A DNA stretch of 64,000 nucleotides, from the NCBI GenBank assembly GCA_011391545.1, contig JAABQI010000112.1, positions 357 through 64,356 of the forward strand, given 5' to 3'. Source of the stretch: Rhodoferax sp. (GTDB taxonomy: Bacteria > Pseudomonadota > Gammaproteobacteria > Burkholderiales > Burkholderiaceae_C). Position numbers and translations under genes: made by a program. Below the pieces are notes generated by a model. It searched no databases, was not told where the DNA came from, and was given only the letters and a program-made list of their open reading frames with translations. Shown piece by piece: positions 29,404 through 38,060 of the stretch (position 1 is its first letter; each line of letters opens with the position of its first letter).

Positions 29404-30243
29404 ATGCAAACAACCCACTCCATTCCAGAAGGCCATTACCTCGACATCGCGCCGACGGCGGGCCTCGCGCAGCGCGTGCACTACCATGACCAGGGCAAGG
29501 GCGAAGCCGTTATCTTCCTGCATGGCGCAGGCGGCGGCGCCAGCGGCTACAGCAACTTCAAGGGCAACTACCCGGCCTTTGCGGCGGCCGGTTACCGCGC
29601 CATCGTGCCCGACCTGCTGGGCTACGGCCTGTCGAGCAAGCCCGACCTGCCGCAGTACGACCTCGACCTGTTCATTGCCGGCGTCAAGGGCCTGGTCGAC
29701 GGCCTGGGCCTGAAAAAAGTTACGCTGCTGGGCAACTCGCTGGGCGGCGCCGTTGCGCTGGGTTATGCGCTGACCTACCCGGACGACGTTGCCCGGCTGA
29801 TCCTGATGGCGCCGGGCGGTGTCGAGGACCTCGACACCTACCTGGCCATGCCCGGCATCGCCAACATGTTCCGGATTTACCAGTCGGGCAAAACCGGGGA
29901 GGAGGCCATGCGCGCGGTGATGAGCATGCAGTTGTTCGACCCCAGCCTGCTGACCGAGGAAACCATCAACGAGCGCGTGCCGATCGCCGCCACCCAGACC
30001 CAGGCCGCCCGCTCGATCCTGAAGGTGCCGAACATGACCACGCGCCTGCATGAGCTGCGCTGCCCGGTGTTCGGCTTTTGGGGTGTCAACGACTTGTTCA
30101 ACCCGGTCAGCGGCACCATGAAATTGATGGATCACTGCCCGCAGGCGCGCATGGTGCTGGTGAACCGCTGCGGCCACTGGGTTCAGGTCGAGCATCGCGA
30201 TATGTTCAACCGCAGCTGCATCGACTTTCTGCAAAATGGCTGA
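29404..30243 (+). CDS. tesD: 4,9-DSHA meta-cleavage product hydrolase
   Basis: HGAGGG, GNSLGG, CGHWVQVEH. Confidence 0.88.
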   Translation: MQTTHSIPEGHYLDIAPTAGLAQRVHYHDQGKGEAVIFLHGAGGGASGYSNFKGNYPAFAAAGYRAIVPDLLGYGLSSKPDLPQYDLDLFIAGVKGLVDGLGLKKVTLLGNSLGGAVALGYALTYPDDVARLILMAPGGVEDLDTYLAMPGIANMFRIYQSGKTGEEAMRAVMSMQLFDPSLLTEETINERVPIAATQTQAARSILKVPNMTTRLHELRCPVFGFWGVNDLFNPVSGTMKLMDHCPQARMVLVNRCGHWVQVEHRDMFNRSCIDFLQNG

Positions 30244-31039
30244 CCCGATGGATGCCGCACTGATCACCCAACTTGGCGACGCGCTGTTCGAGGCCCTGCG
30301 CGGGCGCCGCACGCTGGCACCGCTGACCACGCGCCACGCCGACATCACGGTGGACGACGCCTATCGCATCTCGCTGCAATTTCTGTCGCGCCGCCTGGCC
30401 ACGGGCGAGCGCGTCATCGGCAAGAAGATTGGCGTCACCTCCAAACCGGTGCAGGACATGCTGGGCGTGTTCCAGCCCGATTTCGGTTTTCTGACCGACA
30501 CCATGCAATACGCCGATGGTGCCACCGTCTCGCTCAAGCAGGCGGGACTGATCCAGCCGCGCGCCGAGGGCGAGATTGCCTTTATGCTGAAGTCCGACCT
30601 GCAGGGTCCCGGCGTGACGCGTGAGCAGGTGCTGGCGGCCACGGCGTGGGTCGCGCCCTGTTTCGAGATCGTCGACTCGCGCATCGACGACTGGAAAATA
30701 AATATCCAGGACACCGTGGCCGACAACGCCTCCTGCGGCGTGTTTGTCGTCGGCACCCGCCACACCGACCCGAGCACGATCGAATTGGCCGCCGCCGCCA
30801 TGCAAATGTGGAAAAACGACGCGCCGGCCGGCGCCGGTCTGGGCGCCGCGGTGCAGGGCCACCCGGCCGAGGCGGTGGCCTGGCTGGCCAACACCCTGGG
30901 CGCCTTCGGCATTCCGTTCAAGGCCGGCGAACTCATCCTGTCGGGGTCCCTGGCCCCGCTGGTGCCGGCTGTGGCAGGCGACCGTTTTTCGATGCACATC
31001 GAGGGCCTGGGCGGCTGCTCGGTGGCTTTTTCAGACTGA
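30236..31039 (+). CDS. tesE: 2-hydroxyhexa-2,4-dienoate hydratase
   Basis: GKKIGVTS, QPDFG, EIVDSRI, DTVADNAS. Confidence 0.9.
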   Translation: MADPMDAALITQLGDALFEALRGRRTLAPLTTRHADITVDDAYRISLQFLSRRLATGERVIGKKIGVTSKPVQDMLGVFQPDFGFLTDTMQYADGATVSLKQAGLIQPRAEGEIAFMLKSDLQGPGVTREQVLAATAWVAPCFEIVDSRIDDWKINIQDTVADNASCGVFVVGTRHTDPSTIELAAAAMQMWKNDAPAGAGLGAAVQGHPAEAVAWLANTLGAFGIPFKAGELILSGSLAPLVPAVAGDRFSMHIEGLGGCSVAFSD

Positions 31040-31048
31040 GGAAATAAC

Positions 31049-31993
31049 ATGACCCCAAATAAAATCAAGTGCGCCCTGATCGGGCCGGGCAACATTGGCA
31101 CCGACCTGCTGGCCAAGCTGCAGCGCAGCCCGGTGCTCGAGCCGGTGTGGATGGTCGGCATCGACCCCGAATCCGACGGCCTCAAGCGCGCCCGGGAGAT
31201 GGGCATCAAGACCACCGCTGACGGCGTCGACGGCTTGCTGGCGCATGTGCTGGCCGACGGCGTACAAATCGCCTTTGACGCCACGAGCGCCTACGTCCAT
31301 GCCGACAACAGCCGCAAGCTCAACGCCCTGGGCGTGCTGATGATCGACCTGACGCCAGCCGCCATCGGCCCGTTCTGTGTGCCGCCAGTCAACCTGCTGG
31401 CGCACCTGGGACAGGGCGCGATGAATGTCAACATGGTCACCTGCGGCGGCCAGGCCACCATTCCAATGGTTGCCGCGGTCAGCCGGGTGCAGGCCGTGGC
31501 CTATGGCGAGATCGTGGCCACGGTGGCCAGCCGATCGGTGGGCCCGGGCACGCGCAAAAACATCGACGAATTCACCCGCACCACCGCTGGCGCCGTTGAA
31601 CAGGTCGGCGGTGCCAAAAAAGGCAAGGCCATCATCGTCATCAACCCGGCCGAGCCGGCGCTGATGATGCGCGATACCGTGCATTGCCTGACCGAGACCG
31701 AGCCCGACCAGGCCGCCATCACCGCGTCAATTCACCAAATGATGGCCGAGGTGCAAAAGTATGTGCCCGGCTACAAGCTGGTCAACGGCCCGGTGTTCGA
31801 TGGCAAGCGCGTCTCGGTCTATCTGGAGGTAGAGGGACTGGGCGATTACTTGCCAAAATATGCCGGCAACCTGGACATCATGACTGCCGCCGCCGCCCGC
31901 ACGGCCGAGATGTTCGCGCAGGAAATCATTGCCGGCAGGCTCGTCCTCAATCCAACGCCCGCCCGTGCTGAAACCGCCCCGGTCAGCGCATGA
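31049..31993 (+). CDS. tesF: Acylating aldehyde dehydrogenase
   Basis: [30 protein letters not shown]. Confidence 0.92.
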   Translation: MTPNKIKCALIGPGNIGTDLLAKLQRSPVLEPVWMVGIDPESDGLKRAREMGIKTTADGVDGLLAHVLADGVQIAFDATSAYVHADNSRKLNALGVLMIDLTPAAIGPFCVPPVNLLAHLGQGAMNVNMVTCGGQATIPMVAAVSRVQAVAYGEIVATVASRSVGPGTRKNIDEFTRTTAGAVEQVGGAKKGKAIIVINPAEPALMMRDTVHCLTETEPDQAAITASIHQMMAEVQKYVPGYKLVNGPVFDGKRVSVYLEVEGLGDYLPKYAGNLDIMTAAAARTAEMFAQEIIAGRLVLNPTPARAETAPVSA

Positions 31994-32012
31994 ACCACCA
32001 AGGAGTCCCATC

Positions 32013-33047
32013 ATGACTATGCAAGGCAGAAAAATCACCGTCCACGACATGACGCTGCGCGACGGCATGCACCCCAAGCGCCACCTGATGACGCTTGATC
32101 AGATGAAATCCATCGCCTGCGGCCTCGACGGCGCTGGCGTGCCGCTGATCGAGGTGACCCACGGCGACGGCCTGGGCGGCAGCTCGGTCAATTACGGCTT
32201 CCCAGCCCACACCGACGAGGAATACCTCAGCGCGGTGATCCCGCTGATGAAGCAGGCCAAGGTGTCCGCTTTACTGTTGCCGGGCATCGGCACCGTTGAC
32301 CACCTCAAGATGGCGCACGGCCTGGGCGTTAACACCATCCGCGTGGCCACCCACTGCACCGAGGCGGATGTCTCCGAGCAGCACATCGGCATGGCCCGCC
32401 AACTCAACATGGACACCGTGGGTTTCCTGATGATGGCGCACATGAACAGCGCGGAAGGCCTGGTCAAGCAGGCCAGGCTGATGGAGAGCTACGGCGCCAA
32501 CTGCATCTATATCACCGACTCCGCCGGCCACCTGCTGCCCGAGGGCGTGAAGGCGCGTCTGGGCGCCGTGCGCGCCGCGCTCAAACCGGAAACTGAACTC
32601 GGTTTTCATGGCCACCACAACCTCGCCATGGGTGTGGCCAACTCGATTTCCGCCATCGAAGTCGGCGCCACCCGCATCGATGCGGCGGCCGCTGGCCTCG
32701 GCGCGGGCGCCGGCAACACACCGATGGAAGTACTGATCGCGGTTTTGAGCCTGATGGGCATCGAGACCGGTGTTGATGTTGCGAAGATCACCGACGTGGC
32801 TGAAGACCTGGTCGTGCCGATGATGGACTTCCCGATCCGTATCGACCGCGATGCCCTGACCCTGGGCTATGCCGGTGTCTACGGCTCCTTCCTGCTGTTC
32901 GCCAAGCGCGCCTCGGTGAAATACGGCGTGCCCGCGCGCGACATCCTGGTCGAGATGGGAAGACGCGGCATGGTTGGCGGCCAGGAGGACATGATCGACG
33001 ACACCGCCATGACCATGGCGCGTGAACGCCAGGCTCTTTCCGCCTGA
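32013..33047 (+). CDS. tesG: 4-hydroxy-2-oxohexanoate aldolase
   Basis: [21 protein letters not shown]; AAGGAG RBS. Confidence 0.92.
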   Translation: MTMQGRKITVHDMTLRDGMHPKRHLMTLDQMKSIACGLDGAGVPLIEVTHGDGLGGSSVNYGFPAHTDEEYLSAVIPLMKQAKVSALLLPGIGTVDHLKMAHGLGVNTIRVATHCTEADVSEQHIGMARQLNMDTVGFLMMAHMNSAEGLVKQARLMESYGANCIYITDSAGHLLPEGVKARLGAVRAALKPETELGFHGHHNLAMGVANSISAIEVGATRIDAAAAGLGAGAGNTPMEVLIAVLSLMGIETGVDVAKITDVAEDLVVPMMDFPIRIDRDALTLGYAGVYGSFLLFAKRASVKYGVPARDILVEMGRRGMVGGQEDMIDDTAMTMARERQALSA

Positions 33048-33113
33048 AAGTGACCTACCGCCCGGTCTGAAACCCGGGCTGGCGTCAGGCCAGGTCGCAT
33101 TGCGCAGACCGGC

Positions 33114-33290
33114 TCACCAGCGCCCTGACATCAGCGTCTGCTGCCAGCATGCGGACGAAAAGGGCGACGCAAGCGCCATTGCGTCGGAGTGCGGATCAGG
33201 CGATCCGGTCAAATAATAGCTCGCCAGCAGCGATGCAAACAGCGCGATGGCAGTTGTGGCGGCGAGAGCCAGGCGTGAACGACGATTCAT
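33114..33290 (-). CDS. Hypothetical 58-aa small membrane or exported protein
   Basis: CAGGAGA RBS before ATG; MNRRSR followed by a hydrophobic helix; own TesR-like box upstream. Confidence 0.55.
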   Translation of the reverse strand: MNRRSRLALAATTAIALFASLLASYYLTGSPDPHSDAMALASPFSSACWQQTLMSGRW

Positions 33291-33398
33291 GATGTTGTCT
33301 CCTGTGCGCCATTGACCCCCAAACATTTTTGAATGAGTTTGCTCTTGCTGTGCAGTCTGGCTTTATGCCCCGAGTATTGGGCAACGGCAGGGCAAAAC

Positions 33399-33416
33399 AT
33401 CATCCATTTGGACTAG
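33399..33416 (-). promoter_or_regulatory. Putative LuxR/TesR box upstream of the small ORF, overlapping the MFS stop codon
   Basis: ATCATCCATTTGGACTAG; 20 nt to AATACT. Confidence 0.62.
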
Positions 33417-34558
33417 GCCGGTCGGCGCAGCAGTTGCAGTGCCGCCGGCACCCCCGTCGAGGCCATCGCAAAGGCAAGCAGGCCGCCAAAACTGCCGCCT
33501 GCGGCGATCTGGCCCGCCAAGCCGGGGCCGGCCATCGAACTGAGGGCGAATACAGCGGGCACCAGCATCACGGCGCGGCCGCTCGGGTCGCTGCGTGCAA
33601 TGCCGGCCGCATGGAACACGCAGCCGCAGGTGAAGGCAAACTCCCAGATCCAGGCGCCCAGCGCAAAGCCGGCAAAGCCCGTGGCACCGCCCAGCAAGGC
33701 AAGGCCCACGCCCACCGCAACCAGCACCACCCAGGCGGCTCGCTGCGGACCCAGGCGCTCGCCCGCAGCCGCAACACTGAAGGCGGCTACGCCACCGAGC
33801 AACTTGAGCACGGCAAAGACGATGCCCATTTCGGCGGGCGCGACCTTGAGGGCCGCGCCGATGCGCTCCAGAAAAGCCCACAGGCCGATGTTGCCGACGA
33901 GAAAAACAAAAAAGACCGCCAAGGCCTGCCAAGCCGCCGCAGGCAGGTACCCGGCTGGCACCAACTGCGCGCCGGGCGCCGGAGCCAGCCTGGGACCCTT
34001 GGGCACCCACAGCGCCGACAGCCCCAGCAACACCACCACACCGGCCAGCGCCAGCGCCGCGCCAGGATATTTGAAGTGCGCGATGACCAGCGGCGGCAGG
34101 GCAAACAGCACCACCGCCGTGACCGACAGCTCGACGCCCTGGCGCACGCCGAAGGCGCGCACCTTGTTGGGCAGGTCAGACAGAATGCGCATGCCCAGAC
34201 AGGTCATGGTGGAGGCAAAGAAACCGATCAGCGCCCACATCACAAAGAGCAGTTCAATGCTGCGCACGCTGGCGCTCAGCCCGAAGGACAGCGCGGTTCC
34301 CGCGGCGCTCACCACGGTGAGCAAGCGCCAGTTGAGCCGGTTCATCCACAGCGGCGCGCCCAGCGTGCCGGCCAGGTAACCGGCAAAGCAGGTTGACCCG
34401 ATCAGGCCGGTAGTGCTGGCGTCAAGGCCAAACGCGTCGGCCAGGCTGCCCAGCATCACGGGCAGGATGTTGAACGGCAGGCCGCCGATGGTGGACGCCA
34501 GGCTGGCCGAGAGAATAAAGGCGATCAGCGTGCGGTCGCGTGGCGTGGGGGAGGTCAT
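33413..34558 (-). CDS. MFS transporter
   Basis: About 12 hydrophobic segments in 381 aa. Confidence 0.85.
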   Translation of the reverse strand: MTSPTPRDRTLIAFILSASLASTIGGLPFNILPVMLGSLADAFGLDASTTGLIGSTCFAGYLAGTLGAPLWMNRLNWRLLTVVSAAGTALSFGLSASVRSIELLFVMWALIGFFASTMTCLGMRILSDLPNKVRAFGVRQGVELSVTAVVLFALPPLVIAHFKYPGAALALAGVVVLLGLSALWVPKGPRLAPAPGAQLVPAGYLPAAAWQALAVFFVFLVGNIGLWAFLERIGAALKVAPAEMGIVFAVLKLLGGVAAFSVAAAGERLGPQRAAWVVLVAVGVGLALLGGATGFAGFALGAWIWEFAFTCGCVFHAAGIARSDPSGRAVMLVPAVFALSSMAGPGLAGQIAAGGSFGGLLAFAMASTGVPAALQLLRRPA

Positions 34559-34623
34559 GGCGGGCGATCGGCGTTACGAGGGATTGATCCGGCATTGGCG
34601 CGCCGCCACGATCCCCTTCTTTC

Positions 34624-35568
34624 CTACATGTAGAGCATGACCAGGTCGTTGATGACCGAGGGCCGGTCCTGGCCGACCACATGCACATTGATTTCCATGG
34701 TCACCTGGGTGCCGCTCTTGACCGCCTGCACCGACTTGATCCGGCAGCGGGCATGGATGCGGCAGCCGGCCGGCACCGGTGTTGGAAAGCGCAGCCGGTC
34801 AGAGCCGTAATTGACAATGTTGATGAAGCCGGTCACCTCGAAATCCAGCGGCAGCTTCATGCGGCTGATCAGCACCTGCACCAGCATGCCATGGGCAATC
34901 GTGGTACCAAACGGGCTTTGCGCGCGCGCCTTGACCGGGTCGGTGTGGATCCAGTAGTCATCGCCCGAGAGATCGGCGAACTGGTTGATGAGTTCTTGCG
35001 TCACCTCGACTTGGTTCGACCAGCCGGAGAACTCCTGCGAGACCAGCGCGCCCATGGCCTCGATATCCTTGCAGCTGACCTGGCGCTTGGGCACTTCGTC
35101 TGCCACTGCCGGCGAGGCTTCGGTCTCAACGGGCTTGTCCCCGGTGATGACATTGGCCTGGGCCGACTCGACCGGTGTGTAGCGCAGCAGCGTCACGCTG
35201 CCGGGCCGCTCGTCAAACACCGGGCGCACGCGCTGGCCGACGCGCAACGCCTCGGGCTGCACGCCCACCAACGTCGTGTTGATGTGAACACCTTGCTCCA
35301 GCTCGATCACGGCCAGCAGCTGCGGCATCTCGTCGCTGAACTCGGGCAGCGTGGGCACGCGCGCCACGGTGTAGGTGTAGAGCGTGCCTTCGCCCGAGAC
35401 GGTTTTCCACGTCAATTGACGCGAGCCGCAGGTGGGGCAGTGGGTGCGCGGAAAAAACAGCCAGTGACCGTGCGCGCACTGCTGCAGGCGCACTTCGTGC
35501 GCTTTGAGGCCGTCCCAGTAGGGGGCAGAGATCGGGGTCGGCTGGGGCAGGGGTTTGTTCCAGCTCAT
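34624..35568 (-). CDS. DUF35 (Zn-ribbon/OB-fold) plus MaoC hydratase fusion (Shy1-like)
   Basis: N-terminal KPLPQPT..YW..FFPR..CPTC; C-terminal FADLSGDDYWIH.D, TIAHG, NYGSDRLRF. Confidence 0.82.
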   Translation of the reverse strand: MSWNKPLPQPTPISAPYWDGLKAHEVRLQQCAHGHWLFFPRTHCPTCGSRQLTWKTVSGEGTLYTYTVARVPTLPEFSDEMPQLLAVIELEQGVHINTTLVGVQPEALRVGQRVRPVFDERPGSVTLLRYTPVESAQANVITGDKPVETEASPAVADEVPKRQVSCKDIEAMGALVSQEFSGWSNQVEVTQELINQFADLSGDDYWIHTDPVKARAQSPFGTTIAHGMLVQVLISRMKLPLDFEVTGFINIVNYGSDRLRFPTPVPAGCRIHARCRIKSVQAVKSGTQVTMEINVHVVGQDRPSVINDLVMLYM

Positions 35569-35570
35569 GC

Positions 35571-36785
35571 TCAAGCTCCCCGCAGGATCAAGGCGCCCTG
35601 CTCGCTCATCACGCCGCCAGTGCCCGAGACATAGGCCAGGTCGTGACGCGCCAGTTGGCGCTCGCCGGCCCGGCCCTGAATCTGGTGCATCGCCTCGATG
35701 ACCTGGGTCATGCCGCCGGAGCTGCCGGTCTGGCCAAAGCTGAGTTGTCCGCCGTGGGTATTCATCGGAAAGTTGCCCTTGAAAGTGAAGTCGTGTTCGC
35801 GCAGGAAGCGCATGCCCTCGCCCTTGGCGCAAAAGCCGGCGTCTTCCAGCGTCAGCAGCACGGTAATGGTGTAGCAGTCGTAGATTTGCGCCATGTGCAT
35901 GTCGGCGGGCGTGAGTCCCGCCATCGCAAAGGCGCGGCGCGAAGCCGGGCCGATGGGCGTGGCCAGCATGTCGGCGGCGTAGGTGGGTGACTTGGTCTGC
36001 ACATGCTCGCCGCAGCCGATCACTTTGACGCCGCGATGCCGGCCCTTCTTGGCCTTGTCGTCGCGCGTGACGACCACGGCGCCGCCGCCGGCCACCGGCA
36101 TGACAATCTCCAGCATGCGCAGCGGCTCGGCCACCATGCGCGAGGTCAGCACATCGTCCACCGTGATGGGCTGACCGTAGAACATGGCCTGCGGGTTGTG
36201 GCAGGCATTGAAGCGCTGGTCCACGGCAATGCGCGCCAGCGCGGCAGCGTCGTAGCCGTACGTGGCCGCATAGCGCTGGGCAATCATGGCGTAGCCGGTG
36301 TTTTGCGCCATGTGGCCGTAGGGCAGGTCCATCTCGGCCTCGGGCGCGCCAAAGCGTGTGCTGTGGCCTCCAAAGCGCGACGCCTTCATCACCTCGGCCA
36401 TGTGGTCGTCGTGCGGCGCCATCGGCGCCATGCGCGAGGGGATCACGCACACCACGGTGTCACACATGCCCGTCTCGATGGCCATGGCCGCACGCCAGAC
36501 CGCGCCGACCGAACTGGCGCCGCCCAGGTCCACCACCTCGGCAAAATTTAGCGGCACGCCCAGGTATTCGCCGGCCATCGCGGGCACGAACATGCCCGCT
36601 TCATGGAACTGCGGCCCGACCGTGATCAGCCCGTCCACGTCGGCCAGCGACAGGCCGGCGTCGGCCAGCGCCTGCGTGGCCAGATCGGCCACCTGCTCCA
36701 GGTGGAACATTTGCGGCGCGGTGGCATATTTCTCCGGCTTGTACTGCGCGGCGCCAACCAGCGCCGCCTGTCCTTTGAGTCCCAT
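35571..36785 (-). CDS. Thiolase-fold steroid aldolase (Sal1/SCP-x-like)
   Basis: No nucleophile Cys at DLGGAS; IYDCYT, NTHGGQLS; adjacent DUF35-MaoC gene. Confidence 0.8.
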   Translation of the reverse strand: MGLKGQAALVGAAQYKPEKYATAPQMFHLEQVADLATQALADAGLSLADVDGLITVGPQFHEAGMFVPAMAGEYLGVPLNFAEVVDLGGASSVGAVWRAAMAIETGMCDTVVCVIPSRMAPMAPHDDHMAEVMKASRFGGHSTRFGAPEAEMDLPYGHMAQNTGYAMIAQRYAATYGYDAAALARIAVDQRFNACHNPQAMFYGQPITVDDVLTSRMVAEPLRMLEIVMPVAGGGAVVVTRDDKAKKGRHRGVKVIGCGEHVQTKSPTYAADMLATPIGPASRRAFAMAGLTPADMHMAQIYDCYTITVLLTLEDAGFCAKGEGMRFLREHDFTFKGNFPMNTHGGQLSFGQTGSSGGMTQVIEAMHQIQGRAGERQLARHDLAYVSGTGGVMSEQGALILRGA

Positions 36786-36842
36786 GGGTTCTTTCGGTGA
36801 ATGTCGGTAGCCTACATTGTGTTCAGGCTCGCCCGGCGATCC

Positions 36843-36860
36843 ATCGTCCAAGTAGACTAA
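36843..36860 (-). promoter_or_regulatory. Putative LuxR/TesR box for the aldolase-hydratase-MFS operon
   Basis: ATCGTCCAAGTAGACTAA; 21 nt to CACAAT. Confidence 0.75.
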
Positions 36861-36954
36861 GGAGAGCGCGAGCTTGGGCTGACGTCGCCTGTGCCGCCAA
36901 CGCGCAACAGACTCGGCACCAAAGACGCAGGGTTTACCCTCAAAAGTTAGCCGT

Positions 36955-36972
36955 GTCGTCCTTTCGGACGAT
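36955..36972 (+). promoter_or_regulatory. Putative LuxR/TesR box for the YCF48-RND operon
   Basis: GTCGTCCTTTCGGACGAT; 20 nt to AAGAAT. Confidence 0.7.
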
Positions 36973-37055
36973 GAATTATTGTCCCGAGCGCGAAGAATCG
37001 CCCCCTACACCGCGTCAGCAAATGAGATTGGCGCGACACGACTATTAGGAGACAT

Positions 37056-38060
37056 ATGGAGCGAACCCCTGTTGGCATGGCAATGGCAGTACTGATCGCG
37101 CTGGGCGCGCTTCAGGCCTTTGCTCCGCGAGACACTCCCCCGCTGGCTGCAACACGGCTCGCGGTGGAGCATATGCATTTCAACTCTCTGGCGCTGTCAA
37201 AGGCCGGCATCATCGCCGGCGGCGAGCTGGGCACCTTGCTGTTTTCCACCAACCAGGGCAAGGACTGGCAGCGCGCCAGCATGAATGTGGAGCGACAGGC
37301 ACTGATCAATCAGATCAGCTTCGCCGCCGATGGCATGCTCGGCATGGCCGTCGGCCATGAGGGCACGATCCTGCGCACCAGGGATGCCGGCCTGAGCTGG
37401 CAGGAACTCGCTTTTGACGAAGAAAACGGCGAACCCCTCATGAGCGTTGCCCAGTTGCCTTCGAAGGAGTGGATTGCCGTGGGTGCCTTTGGCCGCGCGC
37501 TGCGCTCGGACCCCCAGGGCGAACAGTGGGCGCCGCTGGTGCTGCCGGCGGCCGTCGAGGACAAACACATGAACCGCATCGTGGGTTCGGCGGACGGCCA
37601 GCACTGGCTGATCGTCGGTGAGCGCGGCCTGGTGCTGCGCTCGGGCAACGCCGGCCAGAGCTGGACGCTGATCGCGCCTTTCTATGACGGCTCGCTCTTC
37701 AACGCGATGACCCTGCCCGACGGTGGCTGGCTCGCCTACGGCATGCGCGGCCATATCTTTCGCAGCGAGGGCGGTGATGCGCCGTGGCTCGACTCCGACA
37801 TGCCGGTGCCGGTTTCCTTCTTCGGCCACGGCCTGAGCGCTGACGGCAGGATCATTCTCGTCGGCCAGGGCAGCGTGCTCGCCACCAGCACCGACGGCGG
37901 CCGCCATTTCAGCCTGAGCCGCGCGAAGGGCCGCGCCACGTTGACTGACTTGCTCCTGCTCCCCGACGGCCAGGGACTGGTCGCCAGCGACGCCGGCCTG
38001 CAGACCTTTTCGCCAACACCCCAAGCAGGCCCAACACCTTCTCCCGGAGCCGCCCAATGA
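37056..38060 (+). CDS. YCF48-like BNR-repeat beta-propeller protein
   Basis: Repeated GxxGxxLxSxDxGxxW motifs; N-terminal anchor. Confidence 0.88.
   Translation: MERTPVGMAMAVLIALGALQAFAPRDTPPLAATRLAVEHMHFNSLALSKAGIIAGGELGTLLFSTNQGKDWQRASMNVERQALINQISFAADGMLGMAVGHEGTILRTRDAGLSWQELAFDEENGEPLMSVAQLPSKEWIAVGAFGRALRSDPQGEQWAPLVLPAAVEDKHMNRIVGSADGQHWLIVGERGLVLRSGNAGQSWTLIAPFYDGSLFNAMTLPDGGWLAYGMRGHIFRSEGGDAPWLDSDMPVPVSFFGHGLSADGRIILVGQGSVLATSTDGGRHFSLSRAKGRATLTDLLLLPDGQGLVASDAGLQTFSPTPQAGPTPSPGAAQ

Noticed and set aside
33060-33079. GCCCGG/CCGGGC hairpin after tesG
   Set aside because: Short stem without a U-tract on either strand; not enough to call a terminator
34624-36450. Apparent long N-terminal extensions or fusions in the ORF track (608 aa here; also 16292-17587, 21717-23165, 59984-61153)
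   Set aside because: The extensions overlap upstream genes in another frame; true starts are downstream at RBS or coupled positions
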